Of a DNA stretch of 64,000 nt, positions 35,179-44,557 are shown in pieces. The DNA is taken from NCBI GenBank assembly GCA_937928795.1, contig CALFWB010000042.1, positions 15,483 to 79,482 of the forward strand, written 5' to 3'. Below the pieces are notes generated by a model. It was not told where the DNA came from and did no database searches. It worked only from the letters and a program-made list of their open reading frames with translations. This DNA comes from an uncultured Anaerolineales bacterium (lineage in GTDB: Bacteria > Chloroflexota > Anaerolineae > Anaerolineales > UBA4823). Position numbers and translations under genes: made by a program. Numbering within the stretch: the first letter of the stretch is position 1; each line of letters begins with the position of its first letter.

Positions 35179-38100
35179 CTACTTGCTCACGCACAGTGAG
35201 GTACGGAGAAACTCCTCAGCTTGATGGGCATCGAGAACTTGGGCAATTAAGTACCCCTGGGCGTATTCGCAATTCCACTCTCGCAAGGCTTCCCACTGGG
35301 GTTGGGTCTCCACCCCTTCGGCAATGGCATGGATTTTGAGATCATGAGCAAGGTTGATGATCGTTTTGGCGATCTCTATGCCATTGCCTTCAGCGGATTG
35401 CCCGCTGATGAAGGAACGGTCAATTTTGATGGCGTGGATGGGCAGAAGGTGCAAATAGGCTAACGAAGAGTAACCGGTGCCGAAGTCATCGATGTGGATT
35501 TTCACTCCCATAGCGGCCAAGCGTTCGAGGGTGGCAATGGTTAACTCGGCGTTTTCCATGATCACGCTTTCGGTGATCTCCAGTTGGAGGCAGGCTGGGG
35601 GGAGGCCGCTTTCTCGTAAAGCCACTTCCACTTGCTCGAACAAATCCGGCTGGGAGAATTGCTTGTTGGAAAGGTTGATGCTGACCGTCAGTGGCGGATC
35701 GCTGGGATAGCGAGCTTGCCACTCACTCACTTGGCGGCAGGCTTGGCGTAATACCCAAGCCCCCAAGGGGATAATGAGCCCGGTTTCTTCAGCAAAGGGG
35801 ATGAACTCGGAGGGCGGAATCAGCCCCTTTTCGGGGTGACGCCAGCGCAAGAGGGCTTCGAAACCAATCACCCGTTGGCTATCCATGTCAGAAATCGGCT
35901 GGTAATGCAACTCGAGTTGACCATTTTCGATGGCAAAACGCAAGTCCTTTTCCATCTCTACATGGTGCACGAACGAAGCGCGCATCTCCGTGTTGAAAAT
36001 GACATAGCGGTTGCGCCCCAAGGCTTTCGCGCGATATAGGGCAATATCGGCATCACGCAGCATCTCTTCGGACTTGGTGTAGTCCGGGGCACTCAAGACA
36101 ATGCCGATGCTGCCGCTGACGTTAACTTCGTGGCCGGCTAAATTAACGGGATGGGATAGCTCGGTAAGGATACGATCGGCGACTCGAGTGGCATCATTCG
36201 TTGTAGCCAAATCCTCTAAAAGGATAACGAATTCATCGCCACCAAAGCGGGCGATGGTATCTGATCCTCGCAAGACGTGTTGCAGCCGTTTGGCGACCAT
36301 TGCCAACAATTGATCGCCCAAAACATGCCCAAGCGTGTCGTTAACCGTTTTGAAATGGTCTAAATCTAAGAACAGGACGGCAAACCATTCTCGGCTAGTT
36401 TGGCGTTTGGTGCGATTTAGGAGATGTTCGAGGCGGTCGGTAAACAAGAGGCGGTTGGGCAAGCCGGTTAGGGCGTCATGATAAGCGTTGTAGGATAACC
36501 TTTCCTCTGCCAGTTTTTGTTCGGTGATGTCGGTAGAGACGCCGAGCACATGTACATCGTCAAAGATGCCAATCAGGGGCCGCTTGACAGTGTAATACCA
36601 GCGCTTCCGACCTTTGGGGTCGGTGAGAGGAACGGCAGGGAGAACTTTTTCCCGTAAAGTTTCGATCACTTCTCGGTCGCTGCGGTGATAGAGTTCGACT
36701 TCTTCGGGTCTGGAACTGAAATCAGCATCGGTTTTACCGAGGATGTCTTCTATGCTGGTCTGGTAGATTTCGGCGAGGGCTTGGTTGGCAAGAACATAAC
36801 GGCTATGCCGATCTTTGACGAAAATCAGGCTGGGACTGATGTCGATAATCTGGCGGAGAAACGTTTGTTGGCGTTTGACCTCCTCTTCGGCGGCTTTGCG
36901 TTCGATAGCAAGGGCAAATTGGCTAGAGATGACGCTCAGTACATTCAGATCGCCGTAGGTATAGCGTGTTCCTTCGTCATAGGTTTGGACAACCATCGCT
37001 CCGAAAGCCTCTCCACTGGCATTGATCAACGGAACACCCATCCAGTCGATGGAAGGAGCCCCAATGAGCTCGACTTCTCCGCTCGCTGCCATTTGCTCGA
37101 ACTCGGCCGCATCGACCAGTAATGGCTTTGGATGGCGGATAATGTAGTCGGTCAATCCCTTGCTGAGCGGGCGGGGTGAGGGTTGAGGGTCGCATCGATC
37201 GACAAAATAGGGGAAGCACAGTTGATCTTGTTGGGAGTCATAAAGGGCGATGTAGAAGTTTTGGGCAGGCATTAGACTACAGACAATTTGATGCACGCGA
37301 GCAAAAAGGTCATCCAGCGAGGGGCAAAGCAAAGCGGCTTGGGTGATCTCGAAGAGGGCTTTTTCGATCTGTTCGGCATGTTTTTCATGGCGGATGTCTT
37401 CGATGCTGCCTTCGTAGTATAGGAGGTCGCCCTGTTCGTCAAAGACGGCTTGGAAGGTATCCCGCACCCATACCGTGCTGCCATCCGGACGGCGAATTTG
37501 CAATTCATAACCGCGTACCACTCCCTCATGGTCAACCAGTTCATTTTCCCGCTCGAGGTCTTGCGGATCAACCAAAAAATCACGGATATTCAACTCAGAT
37601 GGCACTTCCCCTCCTGAAATGCCAAACAGGCGCAAAAAGGCTGGATTGGCGTCGATGAGGCGATTTTCTTTGTCCGTGCGGTAAAGCCCAACGGGTATAT
37701 TTTCCACCAAATGACGATATCGCGCTTCGCTTTGGCGCAGGGCAAACTCTACTTGACGCCGTTCTTCGATTTCAGCTTGCAAGGTTTGATTCATTTCGCT
37801 CAATTGGGCTGCTTTTTCTATCAATTCAGCTTGGGCATGTTGTAAAGCGGCTTTCGACTGAGCCAAGCTTTCTAACATCTGATTGAAATCATGCGCAAGC
37901 TGGCTAAGCTCATCGCCCAAGTTGTCCTCAAGGCGGAAAGAGAGATCGCCTCGCCAGGCGACACGGTGGATGGTGGCTTGAAGTGCAGATAGACGTTTCA
38001 GTACTGTGTGATCGATGCCGCGCACCAGCAACAGGATTAAGGCCGCAGAGGCGAAAAAAAGCGCCAAGGCACTGAGGAGAATGCTTCGTAGGGCTGATTG

Positions 38101-38931
38101 GAAGATTTGGCGCGGACGCTCAACGACTAGCAACAGCGCCGGGGAATGGTGGAGATCCTCTAGGAGCAAATAGCCTTCGACAACTTGGGGGTAAATGGAG
38201 AAAAAGTTGCGGTTGGAGCTTTGCTCCTCTGCGGTGGATTGAGGGGATTTAACACCCATTTGAGCCAAGATAGTTTGCAACTTCGGTTTGGTAGATGCTT
38301 CCTCAATGGGGAATAAATGAAGGGAAGTTTGCGTTTGTTGGGCAAGAGCTGCTTCGGTCGTTTCATTGAGCAAGCGCCCGAAGATCACTGCGCCGCGGAT
38401 AGGTCCTTCATGAGAGCTGGTAAGAATAGGGCGCGCGGCAACCAGGTAATAACGATCGTTTGCGCGTAAGATGCCTTTGACCTCGGAATCTGGACTCTGG
38501 TGATTTAGTAAAGGGCTATCTGAAGTGAATTCCTCACGAACCTCAGGCGATAAAGGATAAAAACTCCCGTTTTGCAAGTCGAAGAATCGGGCGTAAGCAA
38601 TCGTACCATCCGAGGCAACAATGGCAATCAGGTCAAGCGAGAGGATGGCGAAGGTATTTTCGCTCAGGTAAGACTCGACATAGGCGGGATTATAGTCTTG
38701 AACAAATTGATAAGTCTCATCCCAAGCCGACCAATCGGCGGTGGTGGCACTGAGGTTGTCAAGTTCGCGGGCAAGAGTATTTTCAATGCAAACTAAGTCG
38801 CGTTGGATGGCGCTTCGTTCGAATCTTTCGATAGTGTCAAACCAGTTCTGCGCAAAAACTCCATACAGGATGGCTACCAGAAGCAAGTTGGTGATGGCAA
38901 TCAGGAGGATCGCCCTTTTGCGTAAGGACAT
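35179..38931 (-). CDS. Multidomain c-di-GMP signalling protein: CHASE4-like sensor, TM, HAMP, PAS, GAF, PAS, GGDEF and EAL
   Basis: 1250 aa with DWSAWDETYQF (CHASE4-like), RFGGDEFVILL (GGDEF) and EALLRW..QLEITES..DDFGTGYSS (EAL). Confidence 0.92.
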   Translation of the reverse strand: MSLRKRAILLIAITNLLLVAILYGVFAQNWFDTIERFERSAIQRDLVCIENTLARELDNLSATTADWSAWDETYQFVQDYNPAYVESYLSENTFAILSLDLIAIVASDGTIAYARFFDLQNGSFYPLSPEVREEFTSDSPLLNHQSPDSEVKGILRANDRYYLVAARPILTSSHEGPIRGAVIFGRLLNETTEAALAQQTQTSLHLFPIEEASTKPKLQTILAQMGVKSPQSTAEEQSSNRNFFSIYPQVVEGYLLLEDLHHSPALLLVVERPRQIFQSALRSILLSALALFFASAALILLLVRGIDHTVLKRLSALQATIHRVAWRGDLSFRLEDNLGDELSQLAHDFNQMLESLAQSKAALQHAQAELIEKAAQLSEMNQTLQAEIEERRQVEFALRQSEARYRHLVENIPVGLYRTDKENRLIDANPAFLRLFGISGGEVPSELNIRDFLVDPQDLERENELVDHEGVVRGYELQIRRPDGSTVWVRDTFQAVFDEQGDLLYYEGSIEDIRHEKHAEQIEKALFEITQAALLCPSLDDLFARVHQIVCSLMPAQNFYIALYDSQQDQLCFPYFVDRCDPQPSPRPLSKGLTDYIIRHPKPLLVDAAEFEQMAASGEVELIGAPSIDWMGVPLINASGEAFGAMVVQTYDEGTRYTYGDLNVLSVISSQFALAIERKAAEEEVKRQQTFLRQIIDISPSLIFVKDRHSRYVLANQALAEIYQTSIEDILGKTDADFSSRPEEVELYHRSDREVIETLREKVLPAVPLTDPKGRKRWYYTVKRPLIGIFDDVHVLGVSTDITEQKLAEERLSYNAYHDALTGLPNRLLFTDRLEHLLNRTKRQTSREWFAVLFLDLDHFKTVNDTLGHVLGDQLLAMVAKRLQHVLRGSDTIARFGGDEFVILLEDLATTNDATRVADRILTELSHPVNLAGHEVNVSGSIGIVLSAPDYTKSEEMLRDADIALYRAKALGRNRYVIFNTEMRASFVHHVEMEKDLRFAIENGQLELHYQPISDMDSQRVIGFEALLRWRHPEKGLIPPSEFIPFAEETGLIIPLGAWVLRQACRQVSEWQARYPSDPPLTVSINLSNKQFSQPDLFEQVEVALRESGLPPACLQLEITESVIMENAELTIATLERLAAMGVKIHIDDFGTGYSSLAYLHLLPIHAIKIDRSFISGQSAEGNGIEIAKTIINLAHDLKIHAIAEGVETQPQWEALREWNCEYAQGYLIAQVLDAHQAEEFLRTSLCVSK

Positions 38932-39097
38932 AGGCTTCAGATCGGTTGAACCCTAAACTTTTCGCGTCATGCACGCAATTCAATGATACTGTATTTTGGG
39001 GTAGATGAGCTTTCCAGTTTTGTTAGGAAACTACAGGGCTTTTCAATCATCGAATCTCTTTGTCCCTTTCTTGCGGATTTGGTTTGCTTGAGACGTT

Positions 39098-39264
39098 CCC
39101 TCACCCCCGGCCCCTCTCCCAGCGGGAGAGGGAAGCCCTCACCCCCGGCCCCTCTCCCACAAGGGGAGAGGGGGGCGTTTTCTCCCTTCTCCCTTAGGGA
39201 GAAGGGTTGGGGATGAGGGTGCAAGGGTTTGTCCTAAGCGGAGCTTGCTGTTCCGAAAAGAGCC
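39098..39264. repeat. Repeat mosaic: two family-B units, a cccttaggg hairpin and a family-C unit
   Basis: ccctcacccccggcccctctcccagcgggagaggg occurs twice at 39098-39174. tctcccttagggagaagg lies at 39188-39206. tcctaagcggagcttgctgttccgaaaagagcc lies at 39232-39264. Confidence 0.85.
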
Positions 39265-39315
39265 TAACACTAGGTTTTTGAAAAGCCCTAGGGATAAGCC
39301 ACTCACCTTGACGTT

Positions 39316-39412
39316 TCACTTCGAGCGCAGCTAGAAGTCTTTACAAGATTTCTCCTCGCTGCGCTCGTCGAAATGACAAATGCGAATGTCTCGCTGCGCG
39401 CGTCGAAATGAC
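39316..39412 (+). repeat. Family D element, copy 2, with a duplicated 3' half
   Basis: tcacttcgagcgcagctagaagtc..gatttctcctcgctgcgctcgtcgaaatgac, plus a second tctcgctgcgcgcgtcgaaatgac. Confidence 0.8.
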
Positions 39413-39423
39413 GAAAGCACTTG

Positions 39424-40014
39424 CTATGCCCTTGGATCGTTTGCAATGCCCAGAGATTGCCAGAGTTTATCCATTGTGCTCTCGAATGCTGCCTGAGGGG
39501 AGATGTATTTCGCCAACTGAATCTCGCCTTCAATCTGCCAGCGACGCTGCGCGCTGTGCCGTAAGCTCTCCCGCACGGTGACCAACGCCAGACGAAATTT
39601 ACCACTATCCAATGCTTCAAAGGCAGCTTGCCAACCCTTGCCTTCGATGAACTCCAAGGGTCCCAGTTCATCCACCAACAATAGATCGCAAGGAATTGCC
39701 TGCTTGAAGACCCGATTCCCCCATTCGATTGCGCTAGGGTCAAGCAGCCATTCTCCGACCTTGAGAGGCGAGGATGAAAACCATGGCTGCTCCCCCAGTG
39801 CGAAGTGCCAGCCCAAGGGGCGGCGCTCATCGCTGCTCAAATCGAGGGCATCGATTCCGACCTTTTGTCCACCCTCAAAGCGGGCTGGACAAAGCAACCC
39901 ACGCACTTTGACGCCCCTTTGACGGGCAGCAGCGACCACACCTTGGCAGAAGGTAGTCTTACCGCTGCCGCTATCTCCCACCACCAGCCAAAAGTTGCTG
40001 TGCTTTATAGCCAT
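39424..40014 (-). CDS. THEP1/DUF2478-like P-loop NTPase
   Basis: 196 aa with Walker A GDSGSGKTT and Walker B LLLVDELG. Its start overlaps the ABC ATPase stop by 10 nt. Confidence 0.75.
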   Translation of the reverse strand: MAIKHSNFWLVVGDSGSGKTTFCQGVVAAARQRGVKVRGLLCPARFEGGQKVGIDALDLSSDERRPLGWHFALGEQPWFSSSPLKVGEWLLDPSAIEWGNRVFKQAIPCDLLLVDELGPLEFIEGKGWQAAFEALDSGKFRLALVTVRESLRHSAQRRWQIEGEIQLAKYISPQAAFESTMDKLWQSLGIANDPRA

Positions 40015-40790
40015 TGGAGAGTCTTCTTTCCATCCACGGCAACAATCTGCAAGGGAATCGAATAAACCGCTTGCAGCACCTCACCCGTAAAGGCTTCATC
40101 CAGCGTTCCCTGGCGGAAGACCTTGCCTTGGCGTAAAATGATCACCTGATCGGCAAGCGCTAAGACCACTTGGGGGTCGTGAGAAGTCATGAAGATCGTC
40201 ATTCCCTGGCGCTTCAGCTCGCGCACAACCTCGACCAAGCGGTAGGTATTCTGCAAATCCAGATGAGCTGTCGGTTCATCGAGCAAAAGCAAGCGCGGCT
40301 GTTGGGTAAGGGCGCGAGCGATGAGCACCAATTGGCGTTCCCCGCCGCTGAGAGCGCGGATGGATTGATGGGCTAAGTGTTCAATCCCGACCCGCCGTAA
40401 GGCGCCCAAGGCAATTGCAACGTCGCCCTCGCCTGGTTCCCCTAGGTTGGGCAGGTGAGGGGCGCGTCCCAGCAAGACGTATTCCAAGACGCTATACTCG
40501 AAAGAAACGTACTCACTTTGAGGCACAAGAGCCATGAAACGCCCGCGTTCACGGCGGTTAAGACTTGCAAGCGGGCGTCCATCCACCCAAATTGTCCCCT
40601 TCTCCGCTTGAAGCCACCCCAAGGTGAGGTAAAGCAAGGTGGTTTTGCCGCAACCGTTTGGCCCAAACAGGATGGTCACTTGATGGGCAGGGAGGGTGAA
40701 ACTGACTTCGGCCAGCACCCTCTGAGCGCCGGTTTCATAGCGGAAGCTCACTTGCTCAAAACTCAAGCAGGGTTCGTTCAACGCTGCCAT
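40005..40790 (-). CDS. ABC transporter ATP-binding protein (FecE/BtuD type)
   Basis: 261 aa with GPNGCGKTT, LSGGERQ and LLLLDEPTAHLD. Confidence 0.92.
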   Translation of the reverse strand: MAALNEPCLSFEQVSFRYETGAQRVLAEVSFTLPAHQVTILFGPNGCGKTTLLYLTLGWLQAEKGTIWVDGRPLASLNRRERGRFMALVPQSEYVSFEYSVLEYVLLGRAPHLPNLGEPGEGDVAIALGALRRVGIEHLAHQSIRALSGGERQLVLIARALTQQPRLLLLDEPTAHLDLQNTYRLVEVVRELKRQGMTIFMTSHDPQVVLALADQVIILRQGKVFRQGTLDEAFTGEVLQAVYSIPLQIVAVDGKKTLQWL

Positions 40791-41806
40791 TGTCTGCCCT
40801 GTACGCTCAGCAAAGCAAGGAAAGTCACTGCCCCGATGAGCGAAGTTAGAATGCCCAACGGGATTTCGCCGTTCAGCAGGGTGCGCGCCAAATTGTCACA
40901 GAAGATCACAAACCAACCGCCGATCAGCATGGCGCCGGGCAAACTGAAGCGTGCCTCTGCCCCGAACAAGCGCCTGGCGAGGTGCGGCACGATCAAGCCT
41001 ACCCAACCGACCATCCCCGCCACCGAGATCAAAGCCGCCGTGGGCAGGACGGCTGCCACAATCAAGAATGCCCGCTCGCGATGCGGGGCAGTGCCCAGTG
41101 AGAAGGCCGTTTCATCGCTCAAAGATAGCACGTTCAGCCGCCACCGATAGAGTAGAAGCACTGCTAGCCCACTGATTGAGAGAGGTAAGATCGAGAAGAA
41201 CTTTTGCCAAGTGAGACTTGCCAGACCACCCAACAGCCAAAAGGTGATTTCGGGCAGTTGGCTGAGCGGGTCAGCAAGGGCTTTCAATAGCCCCACACCG
41301 GCTGAAAAGAAAGCCGAAATGGCAATGCCGGCTAAGATCAAGCGCAAAATCCAACCACCGTAACGCAAGCGGCGGGCTAGCAAGTAAGATAATCCCAAGC
41401 CCGCTAAGGCGAACAAGGCGGCGTTGGTCTGCACCACCACGGCTTTGGAAGAGAAAAAGACAATTGAAAGGGCAGCGCCGAAAGCCGCTCCCTGCGAAAC
41501 GCCCAAAAAGCCCGGTTCAACCAAAGGGTTGCCGAACAACAGTTGGAATACTAATCCAGCCGCTGAAAGCGACATGCCCAAGAACAAGGCGCTTAGCAGA
41601 CGAGGCAAGCGCAGTTGAAAGACCAAGCGGGCAGCCAACTCATCGTTCATTAACCGTTCGAGCGAGATCAAGCCCGGCGCAGGGTACCGTCCGAGCAGTA
41701 GGGAGATCCAGAACAGGACGATCAACCCGATGCCCAAAGCCCAAAGCATCTTTTGGCGGTACAAGCTGGTTGCCCGCACGGCTAAAAGAGCTTGACTATC
41801 AGTCAT
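40778..41806 (-). CDS. FecCD/BtuC-family ABC permease (type II importer)
   Basis: 342 aa with about 10 TM helices. Typical FecCD sequence (..GAALSIV.., ..VGWVGLIVPHLAR..). Confidence 0.9.
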   Translation of the reverse strand: MTDSQALLAVRATSLYRQKMLWALGIGLIVLFWISLLLGRYPAPGLISLERLMNDELAARLVFQLRLPRLLSALFLGMSLSAAGLVFQLLFGNPLVEPGFLGVSQGAAFGAALSIVFFSSKAVVVQTNAALFALAGLGLSYLLARRLRYGGWILRLILAGIAISAFFSAGVGLLKALADPLSQLPEITFWLLGGLASLTWQKFFSILPLSISGLAVLLLYRWRLNVLSLSDETAFSLGTAPHRERAFLIVAAVLPTAALISVAGMVGWVGLIVPHLARRLFGAEARFSLPGAMLIGGWFVIFCDNLARTLLNGEIPLGILTSLIGAVTFLALLSVQGRQWQR

Positions 41807-42981
41807 TAGGGGAGGTCTCCCTTAAAGGTAGGGATGATCTTCTCGTTGACAAAGGCTTCATCCAAGCCATAAAGGGTTCGATAGAACTCCTTGGCTTCTT
41901 GCACCGCATCATAATTCGGGAAAAGTTCAGGATGTATGCGGGCCGCCAACCAACTTAAGCCTAAAATCCAGCGCACATCGGGTTGATCCCAGCTATAGAG
42001 ATCGCCGGCAAAACCGTAGAGATTACCTTGTTGGACGGCGCGCATGGCTTGCCATTGCGGGTCTTGTTTGAGTTCGGCAACAACTTCGGATACATTGCGG
42101 AAATAGGAAATAATGAAAATTTTGTCTGCATCCCAAGCGGCAATCTGTTCAAGGGAAACCTGAGTCCAGCCCTTGCCCAGTTCAATTTCTTTCCACAGCG
42201 GTTCACCGCCGGCGAGCTCGGTCAGAATCGTCTGCATCCAACTTTGCGGCGGAACATTGAAAGCCACTTTGCCATCTTTATCGCTATATTGCAGGATCAG
42301 GACTCTTGGTTTTTGGGCACCCTGCACGGTTTGTTGGATTTGGGCTAACTTTTGCTGGTAATAGGCCTTAATTTGTTCGGCACGTTCCGGCTGCCCGAAG
42401 ATTTGCCCTAGGGTGTTCAGATCACGCCAGTACTGCTCGGGGGTTTCCAAATCGAGATAGACGACCGGGATACCCAGGGTTTCAATGGGTTTGCCTAAAC
42501 TCTCCGCTAAGTAGCTTTTCAGCAAGACTAGGTCGGGCTGATAAGCTGCAATTTGCTCCGCTCCGGCATCGCCCGCCAGAGTGGCTTTTTGCTCATATTG
42601 AGGGTCGATCAAGGAAATGAAGTTGCCGCTGCCTTGCCCGGCACTCCCTAGAGCAGCAATCCGTTCTTTTGCTTCTGGGAAAAGATACACGGCATCTGCC
42701 AGCATGAAGAGCGCTTTGCCGGCAATCACAATCCGTTGCGGTGGAGTCGAGAATGACACTTCTCGCCCTAGGGCGTCTTGCACAGTAAAAGAAGTGACTG
42801 GCGAGAGCGGCTCGGGGTAAGGCGTTGCCTGTTGCACAGAACTCGCTTGATTTTCGGCAGGCATCGGATAAGGTGTTGGTGCTTCGGTCGCTGCCGGCGC
42901 TTGAGGGGCGGAGGGACTAGGTGAACCACACGCCGCCAGAAGCAGGCAGATCAGAAGGGAAAAATAGGTTAGTCGTTGCAT
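41806..42981 (-). CDS. Periplasmic binding protein (cluster A / Peripla_BP_2 type) lipoprotein
   Basis: Start taken at MQRLTYFSLLICLLLAACGS (lipobox LAAC) with a GGAG RBS. A Pro/Ala-rich linker precedes a FecB/BtuF-like fold. The longer ORF start at 43125 would run through the leader RNA. Confidence 0.85.
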   Translation of the reverse strand: MQRLTYFSLLICLLLAACGSPSPSAPQAPAATEAPTPYPMPAENQASSVQQATPYPEPLSPVTSFTVQDALGREVSFSTPPQRIVIAGKALFMLADAVYLFPEAKERIAALGSAGQGSGNFISLIDPQYEQKATLAGDAGAEQIAAYQPDLVLLKSYLAESLGKPIETLGIPVVYLDLETPEQYWRDLNTLGQIFGQPERAEQIKAYYQQKLAQIQQTVQGAQKPRVLILQYSDKDGKVAFNVPPQSWMQTILTELAGGEPLWKEIELGKGWTQVSLEQIAAWDADKIFIISYFRNVSEVVAELKQDPQWQAMRAVQQGNLYGFAGDLYSWDQPDVRWILGLSWLAARIHPELFPNYDAVQEAKEFYRTLYGLDEAFVNEKIIPTFKGDLP

Positions 42982-43000
42982 ATTCTTCTCCACGATGTAA

Positions 43001-43041
43001 GGATAAATAAAAGGCTGTCTTCGCGAAAGGAGACAGCCTTT
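43001..43041 (-). terminator. Leader terminator/attenuator (expression platform of the candidate Moco riboswitch)
   Basis: On the minus strand: aaaggctgtct-cctttcgcga-agacagccttt followed by tatttat, about 20 nt before the start codon. Confidence 0.7.
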
Positions 43042-43061
43042 AGGTAGTGGCGATAGGCTTG

Positions 43062-43212
43062 TTCTCCTTTCCAAGTCCTCACCCTTCAAAGAAGGGGGGA
43101 ACGGGAGGCAAAGGCGTTTCCGCACTTTACCCGGTAAGGCGAGGGTTGCTCACCTTACTGTCCTGTTGCCTTGCGGTTTGACCCGTTTAGGCGATCAGGC
43201 TTCGGAGAGACT
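43062..43212 (-). promoter_or_regulatory. Candidate molybdenum-cofactor (Moco) riboswitch aptamer
   Basis: The minus-strand RNA carries, in order, CUCCGAAGCC, GGGUCAAAC, a GAAA-capped hairpin (gcggaaacgc), GCCUCCCGU and GGAAAGGAG. I recall these blocks as conserved in the Moco RNA motif of the E. coli moaA leader. It sits between a promoter and a terminator, next to molybdoenzyme genes. Confidence 0.6.
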
Positions 43213-43218
43213 AAACTG

Positions 43219-43227
43219 ATTATAACA
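43219..43227 (-). promoter_or_regulatory. Extended -10 promoter (TGtTATAAT) for the riboswitch/ABC operon
   Basis: The minus strand reads ttgtgttataat, about 10 nt upstream of the aptamer 5' end. Confidence 0.4.
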
Positions 43228-43257
43228 CAACTAGGTTCCTCGCAACACCTCCGGTAT

Positions 43258-43331
43258 GCACTCAAAAGTTGTTGGCAACATTGCTTTGTAGGACAACTCA
43301 TTGAGTTGTCCTACAATTTTTGCGTGGACAC
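43258..43331 (-). repeat. Family A palindromic element, copy 3 (inverted)
   Basis: gcactcaaaagttgttggcaacattgctttgtaggacaactcattgagttgtcctacaatttttgcgtggacac. Confidence 0.9.
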
Positions 43332-43365
43332 CACCTCCGTAAAGCTTTTCGCACACTGAATGATG

Positions 43366-43398
43366 GACTCCTTTCGGAACAGCAAACTCGGCTTAGGA
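43366..43398 (-). repeat. Family C repeat, inverted copy
   Basis: The reverse complement, tcctaagccgagtttgctgttccgaaaggagtcc, matches the copies at 14399 and 39232. Confidence 0.75.
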
Positions 43399-43431
43399 GC
43401 AACTGGGGCGCTTTTGCCAGCGTTGCGGCCA

Positions 43432-44532
43432 TCAGTTGCCCTTAGGAACGAGAACCCGTTTCCCGGTCAGGAACAATACGGCTGCCAGTGAAACCACAAA
43501 AACCGATACGAGCCATTCGGTAGGGGTGGGAAAATAGTTCAAGTCCAAACCCGGCCCAACATAAGCGCTCGATAATCCCTCAAATTCGGGGACGACCAAA
43601 GCTGGGATGACTAGGTTTAATTTTGTGGTCAAGCTCATAAATGCGGCTAGGATGCTACCTACTGCGAGTGCTACCGCATTCTCTTTGAAAGCACCCAACA
43701 AGATCAGGGGCAGCAGTAATCCAAGTCCGATGTGGAAGACCCAGAACACCCACCAGAACGGTCCAAACAGCACCAACTGGAGGCTACTGATTTTGGCTGG
43801 AATATTGGCATAAAGGATGGTCAGATATTCGGCCAATTCCAGAACTACAACCGCTAACAAAAAAGCGATCGTTAGGCGGCGCAGAAACGGCAGCGGCTCT
43901 TGATTACCGAAAAGCACACTCAGGAAAAGCACCAACGCAACCCCACTAAAAGCGCCTTCAGCCAAGAACAATATTGGCGTCAGCCCAGATTCCCATAGCG
44001 ACCGAGCACTCACGACCCCAAACAAGGAGCCTTCTGCTCCACCAAAGACAATTAGGAAAGGCAAACCGAACCATCCGAGCCAGCGTAACAGGCGACTCTC
44101 AGGCTGCTTGTAGCTAAGATAGAGCATAACCACTAGGATGATCCCATACAGGGCATAGAACCACGCCATCCATCCCATCACGGAGGTGGGGCTAGTCGAG
44201 AAAAACAAACTTAACAGCCGCGCCGGATGTCCTAAATCCACCCAGACGGCTACCAATCCGCCAACAAGGGCCGCCAAAGCCACCAGGAGAGACAGTTGAC
44301 CTATCCCTTGCACTGCCTTGACGGAGAACCCATAAGCTAAGCTGGCGACCAGAAAAGCACCTACCGAGATGCCGATCATGGTCACATAGACGGCGATCCA
44401 CAGCCCCCAAGGCACATAAGTGTTATAAGCTGCCACGAGGTGTCCACCGCTGATGCGGTTGAAGAGGCCGAAGAGGCCGATAACAAGACCAACTAGGGCA
44501 ATTGCCCAGAGAATTTTTTCCGCAGTTTTCAT
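43432..44532 (-). CDS. NrfD/PsrC-family integral membrane quinol-interacting subunit
   Basis: 366 aa with 8-10 TM helices and the N-terminal pattern ..YVPWGLWIAVYVTMIGISVGAF... Confidence 0.85.
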   Translation of the reverse strand: MKTAEKILWAIALVGLVIGLFGLFNRISGGHLVAAYNTYVPWGLWIAVYVTMIGISVGAFLVASLAYGFSVKAVQGIGQLSLLVALAALVGGLVAVWVDLGHPARLLSLFFSTSPTSVMGWMAWFYALYGIILVVMLYLSYKQPESRLLRWLGWFGLPFLIVFGGAEGSLFGVVSARSLWESGLTPILFLAEGAFSGVALVLFLSVLFGNQEPLPFLRRLTIAFLLAVVVLELAEYLTILYANIPAKISSLQLVLFGPFWWVFWVFHIGLGLLLPLILLGAFKENAVALAVGSILAAFMSLTTKLNLVIPALVVPEFEGLSSAYVGPGLDLNYFPTPTEWLVSVFVVSLAAVLFLTGKRVLVPKGN

Positions 44533-44557
44533 GGCACTCTGCTCCTTTACCGAAAAA

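Noticed and set aside
38967-39224. 85-aa and 77-aa ORFs on opposite strands (38967-39224 and 38983-39216)
   Set aside because: They are translations of family B repeat units (..PSPSGRGKPSPPAPLPQGERG..). They are mirror ORFs on both strands.
43001-43240. Cobalamin riboswitch upstream of the BtuF/FecB-type ABC operon
   Set aside because: This was expected from the transporter family. However, I could not find the GGGAA...GGUG.AA.UCC core or a B12 box in the correct order, while the blocks present fit the Moco motif better. It still needs cmsearch against both RF00174 and RF01055.
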